Of a stretch of DNA of 64,000 bases, positions 1 to 9,526 are shown in pieces. This DNA comes from Candidatus Nanopelagicales bacterium (GTDB lineage: Bacteria > Actinomycetota > Actinomycetes > S36-B12 > UBA5976). Made by a program: the position numbers and the translations under genes. The stretch covers positions 21,020 to 85,019 of the forward strand of contig DAIRCR010000002.1 in the NCBI GenBank assembly GCA_036796575.1. Reading direction: 5' to 3'. How positions within the stretch are numbered: position 1 is the stretch's first letter; the number at the start of each line of letters is the position of its first letter. A model generated the notes under the pieces. The model searched no databases and was not told the DNA's origin. It saw only the letters and a list, made by a program, of their open reading frames with translations.

Positions 1-876
1 ATGCTTTGCGACTCAGTTGATGTAACCGCTGCGATGAGTGTTGAAGCTCTTCTCGGTACTGACAAAGTCTTCTTGCCAGAGTTACATGAACCTTTGCGTC
101 CTCATCCTGGCCAAGCTTTGAGCGCGGCAAACATGTTGAATGTTTTGAAGGACAGCCCGATTGTCGCATCACATATAGATGACACATCAGTCGTGCAAGA
201 TGCTTACTCGCTTCGCTGTGCCCCGCAAGTTACGGGCGCGGTTCGTGACACCATCACCCATGCGACCTTGGTCGCAACTCGTGAGCTCGCAGCCGCCGTT
301 GATAACCCTGTAGTGTTGGCAGATGGACGTGTTTCATCCAATGGAAACTTCCATGGCGCACCAGTTGCCTATGTTTTAGATTTCTTGGCGATTGCTGCCG
401 CTGACTTAGGTTCAATTTGTGAGCGTCGCACTGATCGAATGTTAGATAAGGCACGTTCCCATGGACTGCCACCATTCTTAGCTGATGACCCTGGCGTTGA
501 TTCTGGACTAATGATTGCGCAATACACCCAAGCTGCATTAGTTTCCGAAAACAAACGTCTTGCCTCCCCTGCCAGCGTGGATTCGATTCCAAGTTCCGCC
601 ATGCAAGAAGATCACGTATCTATGGGTTGGAGTTCAGCTCGTAAACTTCGCCAAGCCATCGATAACCTAACGAAGATTGTTGGCGTTGAATTGATGACAG
701 CGGCTCGGGCGATTGACCTGCGGGCACCCCTGCATCCATCACCAATAACTGGGGCTGCCGTAGCAGAATTGCGAAAAACCAGTCCAGGACCCGGACCAGA
801 TCGCTTCCTAGCCCCTGACATGCAGGCTGCAGTTGATGTCGTTGCGAATGGGACACTGGCAAAACTCGTAAGGTAA
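1..876 (+). CDS. hutH: histidine ammonia-lyase, C-terminal ~290 aa (5' end upstream of window)
   Basis: ORF is open to the window edge. It carries aromatic-amino-acid-lyase motifs DAYSLRC, SNGNFHGAP and AMQEDHVSMG. The MIO-forming region would lie upstream of the window. Confidence 0.85.
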   Translation: MLCDSVDVTAAMSVEALLGTDKVFLPELHEPLRPHPGQALSAANMLNVLKDSPIVASHIDDTSVVQDAYSLRCAPQVTGAVRDTITHATLVATRELAAAVDNPVVLADGRVSSNGNFHGAPVAYVLDFLAIAAADLGSICERRTDRMLDKARSHGLPPFLADDPGVDSGLMIAQYTQAALVSENKRLASPASVDSIPSSAMQEDHVSMGWSSARKLRQAIDNLTKIVGVELMTAARAIDLRAPLHPSPITGAAVAELRKTSPGPGPDRFLAPDMQAAVDVVANGTLAKLVR

Positions 877-880
877 AACT

Positions 881-1408
881 ATGGAGAATGTTCGCAAGCT
901 CGCGCTTTATCTAGTTCTTGCCTTCGCTGTTATTGGAGGCTTAGTCACCATCAATCAAACTTTGGCTGACCACTCTGGTTTGTTTGGACTTGCCTTTACC
1001 TCAGCCTGGTTGTTCCCAATGGTGATTGGGTGCTGGTTAGCCTGGCGCCGCCCAATGATTGCCTTCCCATTGTTGATGATTTGGTCCATGTCAGTTCTGG
1101 GCTTGTTACTTTGGCAATCGCTGGCACCAAGTTGGTGGAACACTATTTTGAATTCGAACGGACCAATCATTACTACTGCGATGTTTGCCTTAACTGCGCC
1201 GCTTGCAATCTACGGCTACAAACGCCGCACTCGTTTCGTGGCGCTCATTCTGATCGGCTTGTCTGTGCTGAATGCATTGGCCACATCGAACACCGAATCT
1301 GGCGAAAACTCTGAGTTAGTGATAACTATTCCAGTTCTTGCAGCTGGCGTGCTTTTCTTAATCGCTTCGTTCGTAGACAAGCGCGACGACTCAACTGAAG
1401 AAAAGTAG
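881..1408 (+). CDS. hypothetical integral membrane protein
   Basis: 175-aa ORF starting 4 nt after the hutH stop. It has several long hydrophobic segments and an acidic tail. I recognise no family. Confidence 0.5.
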   Translation: MENVRKLALYLVLAFAVIGGLVTINQTLADHSGLFGLAFTSAWLFPMVIGCWLAWRRPMIAFPLLMIWSMSVLGLLLWQSLAPSWWNTILNSNGPIITTAMFALTAPLAIYGYKRRTRFVALILIGLSVLNALATSNTESGENSELVITIPVLAAGVLFLIASFVDKRDDSTEEK

Positions 1409-1429
1409 TCTCGCCTACTTAATTGAGGA

Positions 1430-4400
1430 TTACTGAACCACCAAAGTCTTAACGGTCTTTGTTGCCTTAGGTTTCTTACCCTTTTTCGGCTTTGGTTCTT
1501 GAACCGTAAATGTAACTACACACTTACCGGCTTTAAGTGTTTTTAGCTTTGAGCCAGATTTGATGCAAATTCGTTGGGATGATTTGGGTACCTTGACAGA
1601 TACCGTGGCTTTTTTTGAAATAATTTTGACGCCAACTTTCTTAGCCAAGGTTTTTGCAGTAAATTTTTTCTTTGCGTTTATGGTTCGTTTGACTAAATCG
1701 GCTGCGGCTGCTTTTGCTGCGGCTGCTTTTGCTGCGGCTGCTTTTGCTGCGGCTGCTTTTGCTGCGCTATTGTCTGGTGCTGGTGGGTCAACAATTTCAA
1801 CCGTTAGACCATTCCAATTGCCATCTACCAGAGTAAAGGAGCTCACGTTTGCATTTTTTACAAATGCCTTTGGTGAAGGGCCGATGTCGTCGAACGGACC
1901 GCTGCCAACAGTTGGTGCGTTTCCTAGGAAGTAGACACTTGAAAGTAACGATGAACTACTAAATGCAAAGTACCCGATGCGTGTAACACCAGCCGGGATC
2001 GTGACAGAGGTAAGTCGGGATCCAGAGAACGCGTAGTCCCCAATGTAGGTAACTCCCGCTGGGATCGTGATTGAGGCTAGTTGCGTTGCGTATTCGAACG
2101 CGTAGTCCCCGATGCGTGTAACTCCCGCTGAGATCGTGATCGAGGTAAGTAAGTTTGCGCCTTTAAATGCGTAATCCTCAATTGATGTAACAGGCTTGGA
2201 AGACCCACCTGCAAATGACACAGCGGTTGGTGTTATGTAGGTACTTGCATTTCTGTTGGCTGGGTAGGCAATCAGTTTGGCATCGGCTGAAACTAGGCCA
2301 AATAGAACTCCATCGACTGAAGTAAATGCCGCATTAGTAGAAGCTACATTGATTTCGGTTAGGCCAGGGATGTAGTAAAAAGCATCGGTAGCAACTTGAC
2401 TCAAAGTCGCAGGAAGCGAAATAGAGGAAAGGCCAACTGACGAATAAAAGGCATACCCTGCGATCGCATTTACACCCTCGGGGATTACAACATCTCCAGT
2501 GCAAGTATTACCGTTGCTTACCACACCATCCGTTATCGTGAAGATGTTTGTGCTTTCATCTGTCACTCTTTCCCCGGAACACAAGAAATCTCCGTCGGCA
2601 AGCCAGTTGGCAAACAGTGTGAAATCAGCATCGTCATCAGGGGCATAAGGGAAAGTGACCGCAGCTCCACCATCTGTAAGAGACCAACCAGCGAATCCAT
2701 ATCCACCACGAGTTGGCGCAGTTGGCGCGGAGATAATGCCACCGATTGCAAATGGGCTAGCACTCACTTCCGAACCACCGTTGGAGTCGTAGGTCACAAC
2801 ATTAAAAAATGCAACCGTTAAGCTATTCCATTTGCCATTTACGACTGGGGTAAAGGTAGTGTTTCCGGATCTAATGTAAGCATTTGACGAAGGTGCAATG
2901 TTGGCAAACGCGTCAGTACCGACAGTTGGCGCATCACCCAAGAAGTAAATGCTTGTAAGTGCTCCTGCATATCCAAAGGCGCTTGAACCGATAGAGGCAA
3001 CATCAGCTGGGAGGGTGATTGAAGTGAGAGCAGTTGCAAAAGAGAACGCGTCTTCCCCAATTGAGTTAAGGCTGGCAGGGAGGGTGATTGCAGTGAGACT
3101 AGCTGTGTTACGAAACGAGGAGTTTCCGATGGAAGTTACGCCTGTAGGGATCGTGATAGATATCAGTGAGTTTTCGTCATAGAACGCAAAGTTCCCAATG
3201 GAAGTTACGCCTGACGGAATTGAATACGAAGTCGCCGTTTTTCCAACTGGATAATTCAGCAATGTGGTGCCGGTCTTGTTAAACAGCACTCCGTCGGTGG
3301 CAGAGTAGTTAGGGTTATCCCCTGCAACCGTGAAGGAAGTTAGTGCGGTCGTGTTAAAAAATGCATAGTCTCCGATAGAGATAACGCCTGCTGGGATGGT
3401 GATGGAGGTAAGTGTGGCTGCTGCTTCGAATGCATTATTCCCGATAGCTTTTATACCATCTGGGATTACAACTGTGTCTGCACAACTACTACCGTCACTT
3501 ACTACACCACCGGTTATCTTGTAGCGAGGAGTCGAAGAGGGAGTTTCAACTGTAGTTTTCGAACCGGTTGAGCACACGTAGTCCCCATCGGGAGCTAAAT
3601 CTACAACGGTTAACCCCTTCCATTTTCCTGTTGTCCCATCAAGGTCAAATCCATTTGCATCCACGTATACGTAGGCTTTTGCGCCAGACGGAACGCCTAT
3701 AAATGCTCCATTGTCATCAACAGTGGGTTGGTGACCCAAGAAATAAATGTTGGAAAGAGTATAGGCATTCACGAAGGCCCTATTTGAAATAGTGACAACG
3801 GAAGCGTTGATAGTAATCGAAGTAAGTCTCCATGCATCCTGAAACGGCTGGCCTGTAATTTCCGTGTAAGTCGCTGGCAGGTTGATTACTGACAATAGTT
3901 GCGTGCTTTCTGCTATGCCATTTCCAAGTGTGGTCACGCCTTCTGAGATGTTAAGTGTTGTGAGTTTTTGTGCGCCCTGAAACGCGTAACCGCTAATCGA
4001 GGTAACAGGCTTGAGTGGCCCACCTGCAAATGACACAGCGGTTGGTGTTGTGTAGGTACTTGCATTTCTGCTGGCCGGGTAGGCGATCAAAGTGGCGTTG
4101 ATTCCATCTAGATCTAGGCCGAATAGAACTCCATCGACTGAAGTAAGTGCCGCATTAGTAGGAGCGACATTGATTTCGGTTAGTAACCCAGTTCCATAAA
4201 AAGCCGAAAAGCCGACTTGATTCATGCTTTCTGGCAGAGAGACGGAGGTTACTTGAGAACTTCCTCCTCCAAATGTGTAACTGGACGTAGTGGTAACACC
4301 CTCTGGAATTACAACGTCACCAGTACAAGTGCCTTCAGAACTGAAAGTTACATCAGATCCAGCAGTGGTAATTGTGTAGATGTTTGTGGTTTCTGATGTT

Positions 4401-5092
4401 AGAGCACCGGTTGTACACGAGTAAGTGCCATCAGCAATCGGGGCTTTAACAATAAGCCCATTCCATTTGCCATCTACATCAAGAGTAAAGGAAGTTGTGT
4501 TTCCAGCATTTACGTATGCCTTCGGTGAGCTGGCGATGTTGGTAAAGGCGTTGTCCCCAACTGTTGCTGGTGCAGACCCTAAGAAATAAATCCTCGACAG
4601 TGAAGTTGCGCTATTGAATGCGAACTCCCCAATGGAGATAACTCCTATTGGGATGTTGATGGAATTGAGTGAGACTGTCCCCCAAAAAGCACTTTCTTCG
4701 ATCGAGGTGAGCTGGCTACCATCCGCAAAAGATACAGACCTTAGTGCAGTTGCGGCAGAGAAGGCACTATCGCCTATAGAGGCAACGCTCGAAGGTATGG
4801 TGATAGAAGTTATTGATGAGTTGTAAGTGAATGAGTAGTATGCCTTGATGGCGGTAACACCTTCCGGAATCACAACATCATCCGTACAAGTTCCACCATC
4901 GCTGAGCGTTACAGCTGATCCGACAGTGGTGATTGTGTAGATATTTGTTTCTTGAGATGTTGGTTCACCAGTTGAGCACAAGTAGCTTCCATCAGCAAGT
5001 GCTGTTGCATTTGCCGGATTAAAGGCAAGTCCAGATAGCACTATTGCAATGCTGGTTAAAAGACTAGTACTCGGAATAAAAATTCGACGCAT
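1430..5092 (-). CDS. very large secreted BspA-type leucine-rich-repeat surface protein with one Listeria/Bacteroides-type (Flg_new-like) repeat and a Lys-rich C-terminal tail
   Basis: 1220-aa ORF with a signal-like N-terminus (MRRIFIPSTSLLTSIAIVLSGLAFNPANA). It contains many I-P-x-x-V-x-x-I-G-x-x-A-F units. Four higher-order modules each open with ADG.Y.C(S/T)TG..TNI(Y/F)TIT and close with YFLG.AP.VG...KWNGL.V. One segment reads VTYDSNGG...GYGFAGW. There is no LPXTG motif and no C-terminal TM helix. Confidence 0.8.
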   Translation of the reverse strand: MRRIFIPSTSLLTSIAIVLSGLAFNPANATALADGSYLCSTGEPTSQETNIYTITTVGSAVTLSDGGTCTDDVVIPEGVTAIKAYYSFTYNSSITSITIPSSVASIGDSAFSAATALRSVSFADGSQLTSIEESAFWGTVSLNSINIPIGVISIGEFAFNSATSLSRIYFLGSAPATVGDNAFTNIASSPKAYVNAGNTTSFTLDVDGKWNGLIVKAPIADGTYSCTTGALTSETTNIYTITTAGSDVTFSSEGTCTGDVVIPEGVTTTSSYTFGGGSSQVTSVSLPESMNQVGFSAFYGTGLLTEINVAPTNAALTSVDGVLFGLDLDGINATLIAYPASRNASTYTTPTAVSFAGGPLKPVTSISGYAFQGAQKLTTLNISEGVTTLGNGIAESTQLLSVINLPATYTEITGQPFQDAWRLTSITINASVVTISNRAFVNAYTLSNIYFLGHQPTVDDNGAFIGVPSGAKAYVYVDANGFDLDGTTGKWKGLTVVDLAPDGDYVCSTGSKTTVETPSSTPRYKITGGVVSDGSSCADTVVIPDGIKAIGNNAFEAAATLTSITIPAGVISIGDYAFFNTTALTSFTVAGDNPNYSATDGVLFNKTGTTLLNYPVGKTATSYSIPSGVTSIGNFAFYDENSLISITIPTGVTSIGNSSFRNTASLTAITLPASLNSIGEDAFSFATALTSITLPADVASIGSSAFGYAGALTSIYFLGDAPTVGTDAFANIAPSSNAYIRSGNTTFTPVVNGKWNSLTVAFFNVVTYDSNGGSEVSASPFAIGGIISAPTAPTRGGYGFAGWSLTDGGAAVTFPYAPDDDADFTLFANWLADGDFLCSGERVTDESTNIFTITDGVVSNGNTCTGDVVIPEGVNAIAGYAFYSSVGLSSISLPATLSQVATDAFYYIPGLTEINVASTNAAFTSVDGVLFGLVSADAKLIAYPANRNASTYITPTAVSFAGGSSKPVTSIEDYAFKGANLLTSITISAGVTRIGDYAFEYATQLASITIPAGVTYIGDYAFSGSRLTSVTIPAGVTRIGYFAFSSSSLLSSVYFLGNAPTVGSGPFDDIGPSPKAFVKNANVSSFTLVDGNWNGLTVEIVDPPAPDNSAAKAAAAKAAAAKAAAAKAAAADLVKRTINAKKKFTAKTLAKKVGVKIISKKATVSVKVPKSSQRICIKSGSKLKTLKAGKCVVTFTVQEPKPKKGKKPKATKTVKTLVVQ
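1701..1766. repeat. perfect 15-bp tandem repeat (gctgcggctgctttt) x4.4 inside the LRR gene, encoding (AAKAA)n
   Basis: Read directly: the units at 1701-1715, 1716-1730, 1731-1745 and 1746-1760 are identical, followed by a partial fifth unit. Confidence 0.9.
2156..2362. repeat. intragenic ~210-bp duplicated segment, copy A (pairs with 3971-4183)
   Basis: Hand alignment to 3971-4183 shows roughly nine in ten positions identical with one 6-nt indel. The segment encodes LTEINVA.TNAA.TSVDGVLFGL...AYPA.RNASTY.TPTAVSFAGG..KPVTSI. Confidence 0.8.
3971..4183. repeat. intragenic ~210-bp duplicated segment, copy B (pairs with 2156-2362)
   Basis: See copy A. Shared strings include cccacctgcaaatgacacagcggttggtgtt and gaatagaactccatcgactgaagtaa. 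Confidence 0.8.
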
Positions 5093-5291
5093 TTTGAAAC
5101 ACTCACATTGACTAGTTGGAAAGAACTAGCCAATGTGTTCAAAACTAACTTTGTTCCATTTGTACCTTATTTGTATTTGTCCCTTTTACATATTGACAAC
5201 GATTTGTTTCTAATTCGATGCATTATGTGAATGCAAGTGAATCTAAGTCCGATTTGTCCGTTGCTTAACGCGAGTGAATGTTCTTAAGCAA

Positions 5292-6206
5292 TTAAATTAA
5301 CTGAGCCGATTCTTTCGGTGGCCTACTGACCACAACTAACCCGGTGAGGATTAATACCGATCCAACTATGCCAATTGCAGAAACTGTCTCGCCCAAAAGA
5401 ACTACACCCAAGATCGATGCAGTCAGTGGTTCCATCAATCCAACGGTTACTGCTGTAGCTGCGCCAATTCGGGCAATGCCATAAATAAAGAATGCATAAG
5501 CGAGCGCAACTGTAACTATGCCACCGTAAAGTGCTCCCATTAGCAGGACTGGATCTTGCAAGAAGCTAAAGTCCTTGCCAAAGCTGAGTGGCGCCTGGAA
5601 TATGGTTCCGATAGTAAACATTGGAGCAACACATTGAAATGGTGTGTGGCGCTTGGAAATCATTCCCATTCCAGTTGCTTGCAACGAATATCCCAATGCC
5701 GCAGCCATTGCAAAAGCAACTCCGAGAAAACTTACTGTGTTGTCTCCGCTAGGCCAGTTAAGGGCCACCACGCCAGCAACTGCAATCACTGTGCCAATGG
5801 CCCATTGCTTTCCTGGTGGTTGCTTTAGTGCAATCCAAGCGATCAAGCCAACAAAGATCGGAGCCACACCGATTGAAACCACGGCTGCCACGCCAACACC
5901 AGTTAATTGAAATGCCAAAATAAAAAGTGGGAAGAATAATGCGGCGCCGGTGCCGCCAACCAAAATTGGGACAACATCTTGCTTGGTATAACGCTTCTTG
6001 CTTTTGGATAATAAAACGAATAACCAGAGCGCAGTTGTGCCAGTGAGGTTACGAATCAAGGAATACTGGAATTCCGTACCTTCTGGGAAAAGCTTTACAA
6101 CCGGTCCTACTGTGCCCCAGATAATCGTTCCTAGGGCAACAGCAGAAATTCCAAGTACGCGACCATCAGATCGCTTGCGATGCCTACCCGTTTGTTGGGA
6201 AGCCAA
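5292..6206 (-). CDS. EamA/DMT-family transporter
   Basis: 304 aa with about ten hydrophobic helices in two similar halves, the usual DMT/EamA layout. If ATG 6206 is the start, it overlaps the mmsA stop by 23 nt. Confidence 0.7.
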   Translation of the reverse strand: MASQQTGRHRKRSDGRVLGISAVALGTIIWGTVGPVVKLFPEGTEFQYSLIRNLTGTTALWLFVLLSKSKKRYTKQDVVPILVGGTGAALFFPLFILAFQLTGVGVAAVVSIGVAPIFVGLIAWIALKQPPGKQWAIGTVIAVAGVVALNWPSGDNTVSFLGVAFAMAAALGYSLQATGMGMISKRHTPFQCVAPMFTIGTIFQAPLSFGKDFSFLQDPVLLMGALYGGIVTVALAYAFFIYGIARIGAATAVTVGLMEPLTASILGVVLLGETVSAIGIVGSVLILTGLVVVSRPPKESAQLI

Positions 6207-7677
6207 GGTTCAATCCACCATGGCTTGGATCTAACCAACGGCTGGTTACAACCTTGCCACGAGTAAAGAAGTGAACGCCTTCAGTTCCGTGTGCGTGGGT
6301 ATCGCCGAATAGTGATGCTTTCCAGCCACCGAATGAGAAGTAAGCCATTGGCACAGGGATTGGCACGTTAATACCGATCATGCCAACTTCAACTTCATTT
6401 TGGAAACGACGTGCAGCGCCACCGTCATTGGTGAAGATTGCCGTTCCGTTGCCGTATGGGTGATCGTTGATCAACTTCAGTGCTTCTTCGTAAGTATCAG
6501 CGCGGACTACCGAAAGAACTGGTCCGAAAATTTCTTCCTTGTAGATCGTCATGTCCTTGGTTACGTTGTCGAACAGTGTTGGTCCGATGAAGTAACCCTC
6601 ACCATCGCTATCTGGGACTACGTCGCGGCCATCAACAACAACTGTCGCGCCTTCAGCAACACCGGTGTCGATGTAACCCTTGACCTTGTCGCGATGAACG
6701 CCAGTAACAAGTGGACCCATGTCAGTGCCACGAGTTCCATCGCCAGTCACGATCTTGCCCATGCGATCTTCGATCTTTGAGATCAAGTCATCTGCAATTG
6801 GACCAACAGCAACAAGTGCTGAGATCGCCATGCAGCGCTCGCCGGCGGAACCAAAGCCAGCGTTAACTGCTGAGTCTGCTGCAAGATCTAGGTCAGCATC
6901 TGGAAGTACAACCATGTGGTTCTTTGCGCCACCAAGAGCCTGGATGCGCTTGCCGTGTGCAGTTCCGGTTTCGTAGATGTACTTCGCAATTGGAGTTGAG
7001 CCAACGAAGCTAACAGCCTTGATGTCTGGATGAGTAAGAATGCGATCTACTGCTTCCTTGTCACCATGCACAACGTTGAATACGCCATCTGGAAGACCGG
7101 CGTCTTTCCACATCTGTGCGATGAAGTTCTGGGCGCTTGGATCTTTTTCAGATGGCTTAACAATGACTGAGTTACCAGCTGCAATTGCAATTGGGAAGAA
7201 CCACATTGGAACCATGGCTGGGAAGTTGAACGGAGAAATGATTCCAACAACACCTAGTGGCTGACGGATGCTGTAAACATCTACGCCAGTTGAAACGCTT
7301 TCAGAATATCCGCCCTTTAGAAGATGTGGGATGCCGCAAGCAAACTCGACAACTTCTTGGCCACGCATAACTTCGCCAAGAGCATCGGACAAGACCTTTC
7401 CATGCTCAGCGGTAATAATCGCAGCAAGTTCTTCCTTGCGAGCGTTCAAGATTTCGCGGAAGGCAAACATGGTGGTCACGCGCTTGGAAAGCGACGTGGC
7501 TGCCCACTCAGCGCCAGCGCGCTTAGCAACGGCAACGGCTTCGTCCATGTCTGCAGTCGAAGCGAAGTCAACCGTTCCGGACAATTTGCCTGTTGCAGGG
7601 TTGTAAACCTCACCGGTGCGGGCTGCTTTACCTGTCCAAAGCTTGCCGTCGATCCAGTGCGTGATGTGGTTAGTCAT
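6184..7677 (-). CDS. mmsA: CoA-acylating methylmalonate-semialdehyde dehydrogenase (ALDH family)
   Basis: 497 aa. It has the N-terminus ITHWIDGK, the motifs FNFPAMVPMW and VKPSEKDP, and the catalytic Cys in GSAGERCMA. Overall it resembles the MmsA subfamily. Confidence 0.8.
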   Translation of the reverse strand: MTNHITHWIDGKLWTGKAARTGEVYNPATGKLSGTVDFASTADMDEAVAVAKRAGAEWAATSLSKRVTTMFAFREILNARKEELAAIITAEHGKVLSDALGEVMRGQEVVEFACGIPHLLKGGYSESVSTGVDVYSIRQPLGVVGIISPFNFPAMVPMWFFPIAIAAGNSVIVKPSEKDPSAQNFIAQMWKDAGLPDGVFNVVHGDKEAVDRILTHPDIKAVSFVGSTPIAKYIYETGTAHGKRIQALGGAKNHMVVLPDADLDLAADSAVNAGFGSAGERCMAISALVAVGPIADDLISKIEDRMGKIVTGDGTRGTDMGPLVTGVHRDKVKGYIDTGVAEGATVVVDGRDVVPDSDGEGYFIGPTLFDNVTKDMTIYKEEIFGPVLSVVRADTYEEALKLINDHPYGNGTAIFTNDGGAARRFQNEVEVGMIGINVPIPVPMAYFSFGGWKASLFGDTHAHGTEGVHFFTRGKVVTSRWLDPSHGGLNLGFPTNG

Positions 7678-7742
7678 GATTTCTCCTTGTTGCGGTAATA
7701 CCCAAATCTAGTGGGTGGAGCACAGGGTTAGCGAGGTAGGTT

Positions 7743-8309
7743 ATGTCCATGACTGAAATCCGCTCAATTGTTGTATCTACTCAAGAAACCCTGCGGGAAA
7801 GTGGCACTTCAGTGTCCCCGGCGACCGTCAAGGTAATCGCCGCCGCAGTGGTAACTAATCCCCTGGCTGGCAAGGCTTTGGTTCAGGATTTAACCGAACT
7901 CGAAATGATGAGCATCGAAGTAACTGCGATTCTGGCCGATCGGGCCGTTAAGGCTCTTGAAGCCCTGGGCCTAAGTGCTGCAGACATCCGCGGCTATGGC
8001 AAGGGTGCCATCGTGGGAACTGATGGCGAACTTGAACACACTGCTGCAGTTTTGCATCCACGCTTTGGCGCATCAGTTCGCGCGGCAATTGGTGGCGGCG
8101 CAGACATCATTCCTGGAACTAAGAAAGTCGCTGGACCTGGCGCCTCAATCACAATGCCAATTGGTAACAAAGATGACCGTTGGGAATTCGATGACATGGA
8201 TTCGGCCGAGATCACAATCGGCGATGCTCCACGTGCTAACGAAATGGTAATTGCAATTGTCTATTCAGTTGGCGGACGACCACACGCTCGCGTAACGAAG
8301 GTGAAGTAA
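7743..8309 (+). CDS. amino-acid-synthesis (AA_synth) family protein, function unknown
   Basis: 188 aa. Strings typical of the AA_synth family as I recall it: GYGKGAIVGTDGELEHTAAVLHPRFG and ITMPIGNKDDRWEFD. Confidence 0.6.
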   Translation: MSMTEIRSIVVSTQETLRESGTSVSPATVKVIAAAVVTNPLAGKALVQDLTELEMMSIEVTAILADRAVKALEALGLSAADIRGYGKGAIVGTDGELEHTAAVLHPRFGASVRAAIGGGADIIPGTKKVAGPGASITMPIGNKDDRWEFDDMDSAEITIGDAPRANEMVIAIVYSVGGRPHARVTKVK

Positions 8310-8609
8310 ATGTTTAAAGCGATCATTTTGTTAAAGCGTGGCGAAGACATGAGTCACGATGACTTTAAGCAGTGGTGGTTAGTTGATCACTCCAAGAAGG
8401 CCGCAACTTTGCCTGGAGTTCGCAAGATTGTTTTTAACCTTGCCGATGATGGCAGTGCTTATGACGGAATTTCCGAACTTTGGTTTGATTCCAAAGAAGA
8501 TTTTGAAGCTGCATATGCGACTGAAATTGGAAAAAGTGTTGCAGCCGATTCTCTAGCTCACCTTTCGGCTCGCGAACGCATGTTCGTAACCGAAAACGAC
8601 ATCGTTTAA
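8310..8609 (+). CDS. EthD-domain protein
   Basis: 99 aa starting immediately after the previous stop. It has the EthD-like pattern (IILLKRGEDMSHDDFKQWW...H, ISELWFDSKEDFEAA). Confidence 0.6.
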   Translation: MFKAIILLKRGEDMSHDDFKQWWLVDHSKKAATLPGVRKIVFNLADDGSAYDGISELWFDSKEDFEAAYATEIGKSVAADSLAHLSARERMFVTENDIV

Positions 8610-8627
8610 TTCCTAGAAAGTAAATAC

Positions 8628-9524
8628 ATGACAACTGAGATTCGCGGAATCCTCGCAGCTATCACTACTCCTTTCACAGCAGATGGCGGTGCGCTTGATG
8701 AGCCAGCAATGCATGCGCAAATAAATCGACTAGTTGATGCTGGAATTCACGGCGTAGTTCCAACTGGCACAACTGGTGAGTTCATGACACTGACTCCACA
8801 GGAATACCGTCGTGTTTTCGAAGTAGTTAACGAAGCCGCCGCCGGTCGTTGTCATGTCTTTGCTGGAGTTGGTTCTACTTCGACTGCAGAAGCTATCTCA
8901 CTTGCTAAGCATGCCGAGAAGTCTGGCTCTACTGGTGTCATGCTGTTGCCACCGTTTTATGCAGCACCTAACTTCGCAGAGCTACAAGTCTTTATGCGCT
9001 CAGTTGCGGAATCCATTTCGATTCCAGTTATGTACTACAACATCCCAAGTTCAACCGGGGTAACTCTCAATGCCGAACAGATCGCACAGCTTGGAGACAT
9101 TCCTGGAGTCAAATACCTAAAGGACACCTCAGGTGACGCCGTAACTATGGCAGACCTATTGGCTAATCGTTCTGACAAAATCAAGGCATTCAATGGTTGG
9201 GACACATTGACTTTCTTTGGCCTAGCTAGCGGTGCTGAAGCATCAGTTTGGGGAACTGCAACAGTTATCCCAGAACTAGCGGTAGCGCTCTATAACGCCC
9301 TAGCTGTCGACAATGATTTGGCAAAGGGTCGCGAACTCTGGAAGAAGATCTGGCCAATCTGTGACTTCTTGGAGTCAGTCAACTATTACGCCGGCATCAA
9401 GGCAGGCTGTGAACTAATTGGCGCAAGTGTTGGACCGGTTCGCCCACCAGGACTACCACTATCTGCTGAGCAAAAAGCTCATTTTGCAAAGCTGCTTAAT
9501 GCCGCTGGAGTTAAGACGGTTTAA
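8628..9524 (+). CDS. dihydrodipicolinate synthase / N-acetylneuraminate lyase family (class I aldolase-type) enzyme
   Basis: 298 aa. It has the GTTGEF motif, YYNIP, and a Schiff-base Lys context (VKYLKDTSGD). Confidence 0.8.
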   Translation: MTTEIRGILAAITTPFTADGGALDEPAMHAQINRLVDAGIHGVVPTGTTGEFMTLTPQEYRRVFEVVNEAAAGRCHVFAGVGSTSTAEAISLAKHAEKSGSTGVMLLPPFYAAPNFAELQVFMRSVAESISIPVMYYNIPSSTGVTLNAEQIAQLGDIPGVKYLKDTSGDAVTMADLLANRSDKIKAFNGWDTLTFFGLASGAEASVWGTATVIPELAVALYNALAVDNDLAKGRELWKKIWPICDFLESVNYYAGIKAGCELIGASVGPVRPPGLPLSAEQKAHFAKLLNAAGVKTV

Positions 9525-9526
9525 TC

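Noticed and set aside
2156-4183. Diversity-generating retroelement (template/variable repeat) in the LRR gene
   Set aside because: Differences between the two ~210-bp copies are not adenine-specific, and no reverse transcriptase gene is present. Ordinary intragenic duplication explains the pattern.
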